Below, piece by piece: positions 48,035-57,621 of a stretch of DNA of 64,000 nt. A program made the translations under genes and the position numbers. This DNA is from Thalassobaculaceae bacterium (GTDB taxonomy: Bacteria > Pseudomonadota > Alphaproteobacteria > Thalassobaculales > Thalassobaculaceae): NCBI GenBank assembly GCA_965228875.1, contig OZ245843.1, positions 2,214,616-2,278,615 on the forward strand. Reading direction: 5' to 3'. Within the stretch, counting starts at the first letter, position 1; each line of letters begins with the position of its first letter. Below the pieces are notes generated by a model. That model was given only the letters and a program-made list of their open reading frames with translations, was not told where the DNA came from and did not search any database.

Positions 48035-48827
48035 GCAGACACCGACGCCGTGCCCCTACTTCGGCGGCAAGGCTACGTTCGCAAAACTCATCGTGCCCTT
48101 GATCCAGCAGATCGAGCACGAAGCCTACTTAGAGCCGTTCGTCGGCATGGGTGGCGTGTTCTTCAGGCGGCCGGAGCGCGCACGGATCGAAATCATCAAC
48201 GACGGGTCGACCGACGTCGCCAACCTCTTTCGAGTGATCCAGCACCACGATCAGGAATTGATCCGGCTGGTCTCGGCACTCCCTGTCTCGCGAGAGGTCT
48301 ACGATCGCCATCGCGGCACCGACCCCGCCACTCTGACCGACATCCAGCGCGCGGCCCGGTTTGTCTACCTGCAGTTCTGCAGCTACGGGGCGCTTCCGCG
48401 CGGCCGGAGCTTTCGTACCATGCGACGGGTCCGGCCAGCGCTCCGGCAGTCCTCAGTGCAGGCGCGCTTCGAGAAGCTCGCAGCTCGTCTGGACGGGGTG
48501 GTCGTCGAGAGGTTATCCGCACTCGACTTCGTCAAGCGCTACGACCGGGAAGGTGGTCTCTTCTACATCGACCCGCCCTACTTCGGTCACCCGTCAACCT
48601 ACTTGGCGACCTTCGACGCGACGGACCACGCCCAACTCGCAGACGCGCTCGAAGGGATCAAAGGGCGGTTCCTTCTCTCTATCGACGATTGCCAAGCCGC
48701 GCGGGAAGTCTATGGGCGGTTTCGGATCGTCGAGGTCTCCGCTCCCTACAGCCTGACCCGTGGGCGCAGCGTTACGATCGGCAAGGAATTGGTCATCACC
48801 AACGCACGCCTGGCCGGCTCAGGCTAA
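48018..48827 (+). CDS. DNA adenine methyltransferase (Dam/D12 class)
   Basis: PYFGGK, YLEPFVGMGGV, IND, FYIDPPY. Confidence 0.92.
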   Translation: MAQQTEQTPTPCPYFGGKATFAKLIVPLIQQIEHEAYLEPFVGMGGVFFRRPERARIEIINDGSTDVANLFRVIQHHDQELIRLVSALPVSREVYDRHRGTDPATLTDIQRAARFVYLQFCSYGALPRGRSFRTMRRVRPALRQSSVQARFEKLAARLDGVVVERLSALDFVKRYDREGGLFYIDPPYFGHPSTYLATFDATDHAQLADALEGIKGRFLLSIDDCQAAREVYGRFRIVEVSAPYSLTRGRSVTIGKELVITNARLAGSG

Positions 48828-48901
48828 GCGACAGTCGACGATTGAGGGCCGAGCAGAGCCCCTGGACCGAGCGCCTTAGAGCGCCCCCTCTGGAGGTCTC
48901 A

Positions 48902-49648
48902 ATGACGCTCATCCAACGTGAATTCGATACCGGCACCCTCTATCTCGGCGATGTCTCCCGAGTGACGGAGCTGATCACGCCCGGAACCGTCGACCTGGTG
49001 CTCACCGACCCGCCCTACTGTTCCGGCGGATCCTCGCTCGCGGCCAAGCAAGCCGATCCGTCGAAGAAGTACCTGAACAGCTCCGGCTCGTCCCTCTATC
49101 CGGAGTTCGCCGGCGACCAGCTCGACCAGCGGGGTTTCCTGATGTGGTGCGCGCGCTGGATCGCCGCCTCGACCAGGCTCCTGGTCGATGGCGGCCTTCA
49201 CGTCCAGTTCACCGACTGGCGTCAACTGCCGGTGACGACGGACGCCATACAGGTCGGCGGCCTGACTTGGCGCGGGATCTTCCCCTGGGACAAGACCGAA
49301 CAGGCTCGGCCGAGGCTTGGCGGGTTCCGGGCGCAGGCGGAATTCGCGGTGTGGGGATCTCGCGGGAAACTCCGGCCGGCCATCGGCACCCTGCCCGGCG
49401 CCTATCGGGTGCCGGTCCGCATAACGGCGAAGCAGCACATCACCCAGAAGCCGGTGGAGCTGATGCGCCAGCTCGTCGAAGCGGCCCCCGCTGGCGGCCT
49501 GGTAGCCGACTGGTTCATGGGCAGCGGCACCACGGCCGTCGCGGCGATCGAGGCGGGACGGCGATGGGTCGGATGCGAGGTGGTGCCGGAGATATACGAG
49601 ATCGCCTGCGATCGCATAAAGGAAACCGAGGCGAAGCTACGTGTTTGA
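48902..49648 (+). CDS. N6A/N4C DNA methyltransferase (beta class)
   Basis: TDPPY, HITQKPVELM, DWFMGSGTT. Confidence 0.92.
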   Translation: MTLIQREFDTGTLYLGDVSRVTELITPGTVDLVLTDPPYCSGGSSLAAKQADPSKKYLNSSGSSLYPEFAGDQLDQRGFLMWCARWIAASTRLLVDGGLHVQFTDWRQLPVTTDAIQVGGLTWRGIFPWDKTEQARPRLGGFRAQAEFAVWGSRGKLRPAIGTLPGAYRVPVRITAKQHITQKPVELMRQLVEAAPAGGLVADWFMGSGTTAVAAIEAGRRWVGCEVVPEIYEIACDRIKETEAKLRV

Positions 49649-49756
49649 AGGGCTGTTCAAACAGCCTCTATGCGCCTTTCAAAGGAACCTTGATCCAGGT
49701 GCCAGTTCCGCCCTCGGAGAACGGCTCATTGCCGCTGCTCGACAGCCGCGGTTCTC

Positions 49757-49815
49757 CATTTCCCAGTTTGCCAGGTTCTATTGACCAAAAGTGCAGATCC
49801 AAGTGACGCGCTTCA
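49757..49815 (-). repeat. attR: transposase-binding repeats
   Basis: 49790-49807 is the exact reverse complement of 9694-9711; 49757-49786 resembles 9735-9764 inverted; terminal CA. Confidence 0.88.
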
Positions 49816-49820
49816 GGTTC
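49816..49820 (+). repeat. Right 5-bp target-site duplication GGTTC
   Basis: Matches 9567-9571. Confidence 0.9.
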
Positions 49821-49894
49821 CTTTTCGCTCCTCTGGACGAATGCCCATCCGCACCCGGATTTCTCCTCGATTTCCCAAGAAGTGAGAGCTTGAT

Positions 49895-49938
49895 CCCATT
49901 GACCCCCACTATAGCCCATGATATCCCATGATATCCCA
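49895..49938. promoter_or_regulatory. MraZ operator array overlapping dcw promoter
   Basis: CCCA (TGGG on minus strand) at 49895, 49905, 49915, 49925, 49935; TTGACC at 49899. Confidence 0.8.
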
Positions 49939-50087
49939 TGAACAACGGTCGGCGCACCATGCCTGCCAGCGTTCACCGGCCCGATCCGTATCGGGGGACA
50001 CGCTCGGAACCGGTCACGGGTGCAAGGAGGTCGAGGCCGAGAGGTCGAACGGGGTCAACGCCGGCATGTCCGGCACGCGAGGGCAAG

Positions 50088-50555
50088 GTGGCGGTTTTTC
50101 TGTCCACATTCGCGAACAAGGTCGACAAGAAGGGGCGGGTGTCCGTTCCGGCGACCTTTCGCGCTGCCCTCGAGCAGGAACGCTCGACCAGCCTGATCCT
50201 CTACCCGTCCTTCAAGCACCCCTGCCTGGAAGGCTGCGGCGACGAGCGGATCGAGCAGATTGCGGAGTCGATCGACGCCCTGGACGCCTTCTCCGAGGAA
50301 GCCGAGAACCTGCAGACCATCCTGGCCGACAGCGTGCGCATGACGATCGACGGCGACGGCCGGATCATGCTGCCGAAGGACCTCGCGGAGTTCGCCGGAC
50401 TCGGTGAGACGGCGATGTTCGTCGGCCTCGGCAAGAGCTTCCAGGTATGGGAGCCGACCGCCTTCGAGGCGCACCGTGCCGCCGCCCGCCAGCGCGCCCG
50501 CGACAAGGGCGCCACCCTGCGCATCGTCAAGCCGACCGACGGGGGCGGCCGATGA
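50088..50555 (+). CDS. mraZ: Transcriptional regulator MraZ
   Basis: [13 protein letters not shown] and [10 protein letters not shown] repeats; GTG start. Confidence 0.95.
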   Translation: MAVFLSTFANKVDKKGRVSVPATFRAALEQERSTSLILYPSFKHPCLEGCGDERIEQIAESIDALDAFSEEAENLQTILADSVRMTIDGDGRIMLPKDLAEFAGLGETAMFVGLGKSFQVWEPTAFEAHRAAARQRARDKGATLRIVKPTDGGGR

Positions 50556-51538
50556 GCGACGCCCCGCATATCCCGGTTCTCCTCACCGAGGTGGTCGACG
50601 CCCTTTCCCCCAAGGACGGCGAACGCCACCTCGACGGCACGTTCGGGGTCGGCGGGTACACCCGCGCCCTCCTCGAACGTGCCGACTGCACCGTCGTCGC
50701 CATCGACCGCGACCCCGACGCCATCGCCCGCGCCCAGGCCCTCGCGCGGGACTTCGACGGCAAGGCCGGCCCGCGGCTGATCCCCCTGCAGGGCCGGTTC
50801 GGCGACATGGACCGTCTGGCCCGCGAGGCCGGCTACGACAGCGTCGACGGCGTCGCCCTCGACCTCGGCGTCTCCTCGCCGCAGCTCGACGAGGCCGAGC
50901 GCGGCTTCTCCTTCCGCTTCGACGGCCCGCTCGACATGCGCATGGAGCGGTCCGGACCGAGCGCGGCCGACGTCGTCAATGAAGCGAGCGAGCGCGAGCT
51001 GGCCGACATCATCTTCCACCTCGGCGAGGAGCGGTACGCCCGCCGCGTCGCCAAAGCCATCGTCGCGGCACGGACGATCGGCGCCATCCGACGGACAGGC
51101 GAACTCGCCGACATCGTCCGCCGGGTGGTGCCGTCCAGCCCCGACCGCGCCATCGACCCCGCGACACGGACCTTCCAGGGGCTGCGCATTCACGTGAACC
51201 GGGAACTGGAGGAACTCGACCGCGGGCTGGACGCCGCCGAACGGCTGCTGTCTCCCGGCGGACGCCTCGCGATCGTCTCCTTCCATTCCCTGGAGGATCG
51301 GAGGGTGAAGACCTTCCTGCGCCAGCGCTCCGGGCGTACGGCGAACCCGTCGCGCCACGCCCCTGAGGCGATCACCGGCAAGCGCCGCGAGCGGGCCCCG
51401 ACCTTCACCCTAGCCGGCAGCCGTCCGATCGCCCCGGGCGCCGACGAGATCGCCCGCAACCCGCGCGCCCGCTCCGCCCGCCTGCGGGTGGGACAGCGCA
51501 CCGACGCCCCGGCCTGGACCGGGCAGGAGGCGGCGTGA
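50552..51538 (+). CDS. rsmH: 16S rRNA m4C1402 methyltransferase
   Basis: [42 protein letters not shown]. Confidence 0.97.
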   Translation: MSDAPHIPVLLTEVVDALSPKDGERHLDGTFGVGGYTRALLERADCTVVAIDRDPDAIARAQALARDFDGKAGPRLIPLQGRFGDMDRLAREAGYDSVDGVALDLGVSSPQLDEAERGFSFRFDGPLDMRMERSGPSAADVVNEASERELADIIFHLGEERYARRVAKAIVAARTIGAIRRTGELADIVRRVVPSSPDRAIDPATRTFQGLRIHVNRELEELDRGLDAAERLLSPGGRLAIVSFHSLEDRRVKTFLRQRSGRTANPSRHAPEAITGKRRERAPTFTLAGSRPIAPGADEIARNPRARSARLRVGQRTDAPAWTGQEAA

Positions 51539-51951
51539 TGCGTCGGGTCACGGTCCTGTGGTTCCTGATCGCCGCCTGTCTCGGCGTCGCCCTGTTCATG
51601 GTCAAGTACGAGGTCCAGGACCGCGAGGAGAAGCTCGCCTCGCTGCACCGCCAGATCCTGGCCAACCAGGAGGCGGTCCACGTCCTCCAGGCCGAGTGGT
51701 CCTATCTGAACCGGCCGAGCAACCTCGAGGCGATGGTTCGCCGCCACCTGGACCTGGTGCCGCTCGACACCACCCGTCTCGGCCGGATCGAGCGGCTGCC
51801 GATGCGCCTGCCGGCGCCCGACGGCGAAACCGGGGATGCGGTGGTCGCCGGCTTCGGCGAGGCCGCCCTGCCGCCCGCCGAGCAGCCGCGGATGGCTCCA
51901 CCGGCGCCGATGCTCCGCCCGCTGGCGATCTCGGCGAGGCCCCGGCGATGA
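51535..51951 (+). CDS. ftsL: Cell division protein FtsL
   Basis: TM plus coiled coil, [11 protein letters not shown]; synteny. Confidence 0.88.
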   Translation: MMRRVTVLWFLIAACLGVALFMVKYEVQDREEKLASLHRQILANQEAVHVLQAEWSYLNRPSNLEAMVRRHLDLVPLDTTRLGRIERLPMRLPAPDGETGDAVVAGFGEAALPPAEQPRMAPPAPMLRPLAISARPRR

Positions 51952-53660
51952 CCGAAAGCGCGCGCATCCGCACCGACAAGTCGTTTCGCCTGGAGGGCGT
52001 GACCAAGCAGGCGCTGGAGATCGGCCGCAACCGGCTGATCCTGGCCGGCTGTCTCGTCACGCTCGGTTTCGCTGCCATCGCGGGCCGCGTGGTCGAGTTG
52101 TCCGCCCTGCGCGACCACAACGAGCCCTCGGTGCCGACCGCTGCGGCCGACGCCGCCCTGCAGACCGGCCGCGCCGACATTGTCGACCGCAACGGCATGC
52201 TGGTGGCCACCTCGCTGCGTACGCCCTCGCTCTACGCCGACCCGACCGAGGTGCTCGACGCCACCCGCGCCGCGCGCCGCCTGACCACCGTGCTGACAGA
52301 CCTGCCGGCCGCCGAGATCGAGGCCAAGCTGCGCACCAACCGGCGCTTCGTCTGGCTGAAGCGCAACCTGACCCCGCACGAGCAGTATCAGGTCAACGCG
52401 CTCGGCATTCCCGGCCTGCATTTCATGGACGAGTGGAAGCGGATCTACCCGCAGAGCTCGCTGATGGCCCACGTGGTCGGTTTCACCGACACCGACGACC
52501 GCGGCATCGCGGGGGTCGAGCGCACCTTCGACGACGTGCTGCGCAACGGCAGCGAGCCGCTGCGCCTGTCCGTCGACCTGCGGGTGCAGCATATCGTTCG
52601 CCAGGAACTGGCCCACCAGATCACCCTGTTCGAGGCGATCGGCGGGACCGGCGTCGTGCTCGACGTCAACACCGGCGAGACGGTCGCCATGGTGTCCCTG
52701 CCCGATTTCGACCCCAACGTGGCCGGCGAGATGAGCAAGGACCAGCGCTTCAACCGCGCAACGCTCGGCGTCTACGAGATGGGCTCGACCTTCAAGATCT
52801 TTAACACCGCCATGGCGCTCGACGCCGGCACCGTGACCCTGCGCGACGGCTACGACGCGACCAAGCCGATCCGCGTGGCGCGGTTCACGATCAACGACTT
52901 CCACGCCAAGAACCGCTGGCTGTCGGTTCCCGAGATCTTCAAGTACTCGTCCAACATCGGCTCGGTGAAGATGGCGATGGACGTCGGCACCGAGGGCCAG
53001 AAAGCGTTTCTCGGCAAACTCGGCATGCTGAAGCCGATGTCCCTCGAACTGCCCGAGCGCGGCTACCCCCTGGCGCCGTCGCCCTGGCGCCCGATCAACA
53101 CCATGACGATCTCCTTCGGCCACGGCCTGTCGGTCAGCCCCATGCACCTGGCCGCCGGCGTCGCGACCGTGGTCAACGGCGGCATCAGGCGGCCGACGAC
53201 ACTGCTGAAGACAACCGGCCGGGTGATCGGCGAGGAAGTGCTGAAGCCGAAGACCTCCCTCGCCATGCGCCGGCTGATGCGCCTGGTCGTCGAGGACGGC
53301 ACTGGCCGCAACGCCGACGCTGTCGGCTACCTGGTCGGCGGCAAGACCGGCACCGCCGAGAAGGCCGGCGGCCGGCGCGGCTACGCACGTAAGTCGCTGC
53401 TCTCCTCTTTCGTCGCCGCCTTCCCGCTCAACGCGCCGCGATACGTCGTCCTGATCATGGTCGACGAGCCGAAGGGCCAGGAGTTCAGCCACGGCTACGC
53501 CACCGGCGGCTGGGTCGCCGCCCCCGCCGTCAAGCGCATCGTCGAGCGCGCGGCACCGCTCCTCGGTGTGGCACCGCTCGACATGGAGTCGCCCGACATT
53601 CGCCGCGATCTGATGGTCGGATTGCCGGACGTTGGAGGTAAACGTCTTGCGTCTTTCTGA
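51948..53660 (+). CDS. ftsI: Penicillin-binding protein 3
   Basis: RADIVDRNG, GSTFK, SSN, KTGT. Confidence 0.96.
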   Translation: MTESARIRTDKSFRLEGVTKQALEIGRNRLILAGCLVTLGFAAIAGRVVELSALRDHNEPSVPTAAADAALQTGRADIVDRNGMLVATSLRTPSLYADPTEVLDATRAARRLTTVLTDLPAAEIEAKLRTNRRFVWLKRNLTPHEQYQVNALGIPGLHFMDEWKRIYPQSSLMAHVVGFTDTDDRGIAGVERTFDDVLRNGSEPLRLSVDLRVQHIVRQELAHQITLFEAIGGTGVVLDVNTGETVAMVSLPDFDPNVAGEMSKDQRFNRATLGVYEMGSTFKIFNTAMALDAGTVTLRDGYDATKPIRVARFTINDFHAKNRWLSVPEIFKYSSNIGSVKMAMDVGTEGQKAFLGKLGMLKPMSLELPERGYPLAPSPWRPINTMTISFGHGLSVSPMHLAAGVATVVNGGIRRPTTLLKTTGRVIGEEVLKPKTSLAMRRLMRLVVEDGTGRNADAVGYLVGGKTGTAEKAGGRRGYARKSLLSSFVAAFPLNAPRYVVLIMVDEPKGQEFSHGYATGGWVAAPAVKRIVERAAPLLGVAPLDMESPDIRRDLMVGLPDVGGKRLASF

Positions 53661-55110
53661 CCTCATCGGCCCGCACAGCGCGGCCCCGGCGATCATCGCC
53701 CACGGCGACCCGGAGATCCTGGGTCTGACCGCGGACAGCCGCGACGTGCGCCCCGGATTCCTGTTCGCCGCCCTGCCCGGCGCGCGCCTGGACGGCCGCG
53801 CGTTCATCGCCGACGCGGTCGCCAAGGGTGCGGCCGCCGTGCTGACCACGCCGGACATCGCCGACTGCCCGGTCGGCCTGGTCCGCGACGACCAGCCGCG
53901 TCACCGCCTCGCCCGGATGGCCGCCCGGTTCTACGGCCCGCAGCCGGAGACGGTGGTCGCGGTCACCGGCACCAACGGCAAGACCTCGGTCGCCGAGTTC
54001 ACCCGACAGATCTGGACCCTTACCGGGCAGGCCGCGGCCTCGCTCGGCACGCTCGGCCTCACGGTCGACGGCCGCACCCGCGGGCCGAGCCTGACGACGC
54101 CCGACCCGGTGCGCCTGCACGAGGTGCTGCACACCCTGGTCGAGGAGGGTGTCGGACATGCCGCCCTGGAAGCCTCCAGCCACGGCCTGGAGCAGGCCCG
54201 GCTCGACGGGGTCGAGTTGAAGGCCGCCGCCTTCACCAACCTGACCCGCGACCATCTCGACTATCACGGCGACATGGACGCCTACCGCACGGCGAAGCTC
54301 GCCCTGTTCTCCCGCGTCATGACGCCGGGCGGCACGGCCGTGCTGAACATCGACTCCCCGGAATTCGACACGTTCCGCGAGGCCGCCGAGCGCAGGCGCC
54401 ATCGGGTGCTGTCCTACGGCGCGCGGCCGGGCGCCGACCTGCGGATCGTCGGACGCCGGCCACGCCCGACCGGCCAGGAGCTGGAGATCGCCGCCGACGG
54501 GCGCTCGCATCTGGTCGAGCTGGCGCTGATCGGCGACTTCCAGGCCTGGAACGCCCTGGCGGCGCTGGGTCTGGCGGTGGCCAGCGGCACCCCCATGGCC
54601 GAGGCGATCGCCGCGCTTCGCGAGCTGACCGGCGTGCTTGGCCGCATGGAACGGGTCGCGACCCTGACGAACGGCGCCGCCGTGTATGTCGACTACGCCC
54701 ACACCCCGGACGCGCTGGAGACGGTGCTGAAGGCGGTGCGGCCACATACCGACGCCGCCTTGTGGTGCGTCTTCGGATGCGGTGGCGACCGGGACCCGGG
54801 CAAGCGGCCGATGATGGGCTGCACCGTCGCCAGACATGCCGACCGGCCCATCGTCACCGACGACAACCCGCGCTCGGAGAACCCGGCGCTGATCCGCGCC
54901 GCGGCCCTCGCCGCCTGCAAGGGCGGGGTCGAGATCGGCGACCGCGGCGTCGCGATCCGCGAAACCGTCGCCCGCCTCGGCCCCGGCGACGTGCTCGTGA
55001 TTGCCGGCAAAGGTCACGAACAGGGGCAGGAGATCATGGGCGTCACGCACCCGTTCGACGACGCCACCGTCGCGCGCGAGGCCGTCGCGGCCCTGGAAGG
55101 TGGGGCATGA
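53647..55110 (+). CDS. murE: UDP-MurNAc-tripeptide synthetase
   Basis: TGTNGKTS, EASSHG, DYAHTPD, DNPR, AGKGHE. Confidence 0.96.
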   Translation: MRLSDLIGPHSAAPAIIAHGDPEILGLTADSRDVRPGFLFAALPGARLDGRAFIADAVAKGAAAVLTTPDIADCPVGLVRDDQPRHRLARMAARFYGPQPETVVAVTGTNGKTSVAEFTRQIWTLTGQAAASLGTLGLTVDGRTRGPSLTTPDPVRLHEVLHTLVEEGVGHAALEASSHGLEQARLDGVELKAAAFTNLTRDHLDYHGDMDAYRTAKLALFSRVMTPGGTAVLNIDSPEFDTFREAAERRRHRVLSYGARPGADLRIVGRRPRPTGQELEIAADGRSHLVELALIGDFQAWNALAALGLAVASGTPMAEAIAALRELTGVLGRMERVATLTNGAAVYVDYAHTPDALETVLKAVRPHTDAALWCVFGCGGDRDPGKRPMMGCTVARHADRPIVTDDNPRSENPALIRAAALAACKGGVEIGDRGVAIRETVARLGPGDVLVIAGKGHEQGQEIMGVTHPFDDATVAREAVAALEGGA

Positions 55111-56525
55111 ACGCACTCTGGACCCGCGACAGCGCTGCGGCGGCGACCCACGGCCGCGCCCTCGGCCCCGAGTGGCGCGCGACGGGCATCGCCATCGACA
55201 GCCGCAAGGTGGAAAAGGGCGATATCTTCGTGGCCCTGCCTGGCGAACGGGTCGACGGTCACGACTACGTGGCCGCCGCGCTGGACGACGGCGCGGCCGC
55301 AGCCCTGGTCTCCCGGATTCCGGAGGGCCTGGAGGACGCGCCGCTGCTGCTGGTCGACGATGTGCTGGAGGGGTTGGCGGATCTCGCCCGCGCCGCCCGG
55401 GCCCGATCCTCCGCGCGCGTCGTCGCGGTCACGGGCAGCGTCGGCAAGACCGGCACCAAGGAGATGCTCGCCGCCGCCCTCGCCGCCCACGGCAAGACCA
55501 TGGCGAGCGTCGGCAACCTCAACAACCACATCGGGGCCCCGCTGTCCCTCGCCCGGCTGCCGGCGGACTGCGACTTCGCCGTGTTTGAGCTCGGCATGAA
55601 CCACGCCGACGAGATCCGCCCGCTGTCGCGGCTGGTGGCCCCGCACGCGGCGATCGTGACCAATGTCGAGCCGGTACACATCGAGTTCTTCGACGGCATC
55701 GACGGTATCGCCGACGCCAAGTCAGAGATCCTGGAAGGGCTGGAGCCCGGCGGCGTGGCGGTGCTGAACAGCGACAATGCCAGCTACGCGCGCCTGCGCG
55801 ACCGGGCGCGCGAAATCGGGGTCGACCGCGTGGTCACCTTCGGCAGTGGCGCCTGCTGCGACGTCCGCCTGCTTGCAATCGAACCGTCGGCGGACGGCAC
55901 GCGGGTCACCGCGACAGTCGCCGGCACCGAGATCTCCTGGACCGTCGGCGGCATCGGCGAGCACTGGGGCTTCAACAGCCTCGGCATCGTGGCGGTGCTG
56001 CACGCGCTGAAGATCGATATCGCCCCGTGCCTGCCCCGGCTCGGCGCCGTCGCCGCCCTGCGCGGGCGCGGCGGCCAGGTCGCGATCGCCACCGCCGACG
56101 GTGGCTCGGCGCTGCTCATCGACGAGAGCTACAACGCCAGCCCGCCGGCGGTGCGCGCCGCCCTCTCCGTGTTCGCCGCCACATCGGCCAACCGCCGAAT
56201 CCTGGTTCTGGGCGACATGCGGGAGCTTGGCGACACCGGCCCGGCGGCGCATGCCGCGCTGACCGACGCCATCAACGCGGCGGCACCCGACGCGATCTAT
56301 CTGTGCGGCTCCTCGATGGTCCATCTGCGCGACGCCCTCGGGGCCGCGCGCGTGACCGCCTATACCGAGACCGCTGCAGAACTGGCGGACGCCGTCGCCG
56401 GCTCGGTCGCCGACGGCGACGTGGTGCTGGTCAAGGGATCGCTCGCCATGGGGATGAAGGCGATTGTCTCGGCGCTGGAGGCGGCGGGCGCGCCGGCCCG
56501 GCGCACCGGATCCGGGGGGCGCTGA
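55107..56525 (+). CDS. murF: UDP-MurNAc-pentapeptide synthetase
   Basis: TGSVGKTGTK, NNHIGAP, ELGMNH, DESYNA, LGDMRELG. Confidence 0.96.
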   Translation: MNALWTRDSAAAATHGRALGPEWRATGIAIDSRKVEKGDIFVALPGERVDGHDYVAAALDDGAAAALVSRIPEGLEDAPLLLVDDVLEGLADLARAARARSSARVVAVTGSVGKTGTKEMLAAALAAHGKTMASVGNLNNHIGAPLSLARLPADCDFAVFELGMNHADEIRPLSRLVAPHAAIVTNVEPVHIEFFDGIDGIADAKSEILEGLEPGGVAVLNSDNASYARLRDRAREIGVDRVVTFGSGACCDVRLLAIEPSADGTRVTATVAGTEISWTVGGIGEHWGFNSLGIVAVLHALKIDIAPCLPRLGAVAALRGRGGQVAIATADGGSALLIDESYNASPPAVRAALSVFAATSANRRILVLGDMRELGDTGPAAHAALTDAINAAAPDAIYLCGSSMVHLRDALGAARVTAYTETAAELADAVAGSVADGDVVLVKGSLAMGMKAIVSALEAAGAPARRTGSGGR

Positions 56526-56528
56526 GCC

Positions 56529-57617
56529 ATGCTGTACAACCTTCTCGCCCCCCTCGCCGACGAGTTCCAGGCGTTCAACCTGTTCCGCTACCTGACGTTC
56601 CGTACCGGCGGGGCGACGATGACGGCGCTCTTCATTGCTTTCGTCCTCGGCCCGTCGCTGATCCGCTGGTTGAAGAGCCGCCAGGCGGAAGGCCAGCCGA
56701 TCCGCGAGGACGGACCCGAGAGCCACCTGCTGACCAAGAAGGGCACGCCGACCATGGGCGGGCTGCTGATCCTGATCGCGCTGGTGGTCTCGACCCTTCT
56801 GTGGGCCAACCTGTCGAACCCCTATGTGTGGGCCACCCTGCTGGTCACCCTGGGCTTCGGGGCCATCGGTTTCAGCGACGACTGGCTGAAGCTGACCAAG
56901 AAGAACACCAAGGGACTGCCCGGCAAGCTGAAGCTCGCGTTCCAGATCGCCATCTCGACGGCGGCGGCCCTCGCCATCACCTCGACCTTCGACGAGCCGC
57001 TGACCTTCGGCCTCGCCGTGCCGTTCTTCAAGGACCTGCTGATCAATCTCGGATGGTTCTTCATCCCGTTCGCGGTGTTCGTGATGATCGGCGCCTCGAA
57101 CGCGGTGAACCTGACCGACGGGCTCGACGGGCTGGCGATCGTGCCGGTGATGATCGCCGGCGGGGTGTTCGCGCTGATCGCCTATCTGGTCGGCAACGCG
57201 GTGTTCGCCAACTACCTGCAGATCCACCACGTGCCCGGCACCGGCGAGTTGGCCGTCCTGTGCGGCGCGCTGATCGGCGCCGGCCTCGGCTTCCTGTGGT
57301 TCAACGCGCCGCCGGCCATGGTGTTCATGGGCGACACCGGCTCCCTGTCCCTGGGTGGCGCGCTCGGCACCATCAGCGTCATCACGAAGCACGAGCTGGT
57401 GCTGGCCATCGTCGGCGGCCTGTTCGTGCTGGAGACAGTCTCGGTGATCGTCCAGGTCGCATCGTTCAAGCTGACCGGCAAGCGGGTCTTCCGCATGGCG
57501 CCACTGCACCATCACTTCGAGAAGAAGGGGTGGCAGGAGCCGACCATCGTCATCCGGTTCTGGATCATCGCCATCATCCTGGCGCTGATCGGCCTTTCCA
57601 CGCTGAAGCTGAGGTGA
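56529..57617 (+). CDS. mraY: Phospho-MurNAc-pentapeptide translocase
   Basis: [33 protein letters not shown]. Confidence 0.97.
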   Translation: MLYNLLAPLADEFQAFNLFRYLTFRTGGATMTALFIAFVLGPSLIRWLKSRQAEGQPIREDGPESHLLTKKGTPTMGGLLILIALVVSTLLWANLSNPYVWATLLVTLGFGAIGFSDDWLKLTKKNTKGLPGKLKLAFQIAISTAAALAITSTFDEPLTFGLAVPFFKDLLINLGWFFIPFAVFVMIGASNAVNLTDGLDGLAIVPVMIAGGVFALIAYLVGNAVFANYLQIHHVPGTGELAVLCGALIGAGLGFLWFNAPPAMVFMGDTGSLSLGGALGTISVITKHELVLAIVGGLFVLETVSVIVQVASFKLTGKRVFRMAPLHHHFEKKGWQEPTIVIRFWIIAIILALIGLSTLKLR

Positions 57618-57621
57618 CGCC

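Larger units (their letters stand above)
9572..49815 (+). mobile_element. Mu-like transposable prophage with contractile tail, apparently complete (40,244 bp)
   Basis: TG at 9572, CA at 49814-49815, GGTTC on both flanks; repressor/ner, MuA, MuB, GemA, Mor, terminase, head, sheath, baseplate, com genes in Mu order. Confidence 0.95.

Noticed and set aside
48018..49648. Two methyltransferases as a restriction-modification system
   Set aside because: No endonuclease nearby; position after com matches the Mu anti-restriction modification slot
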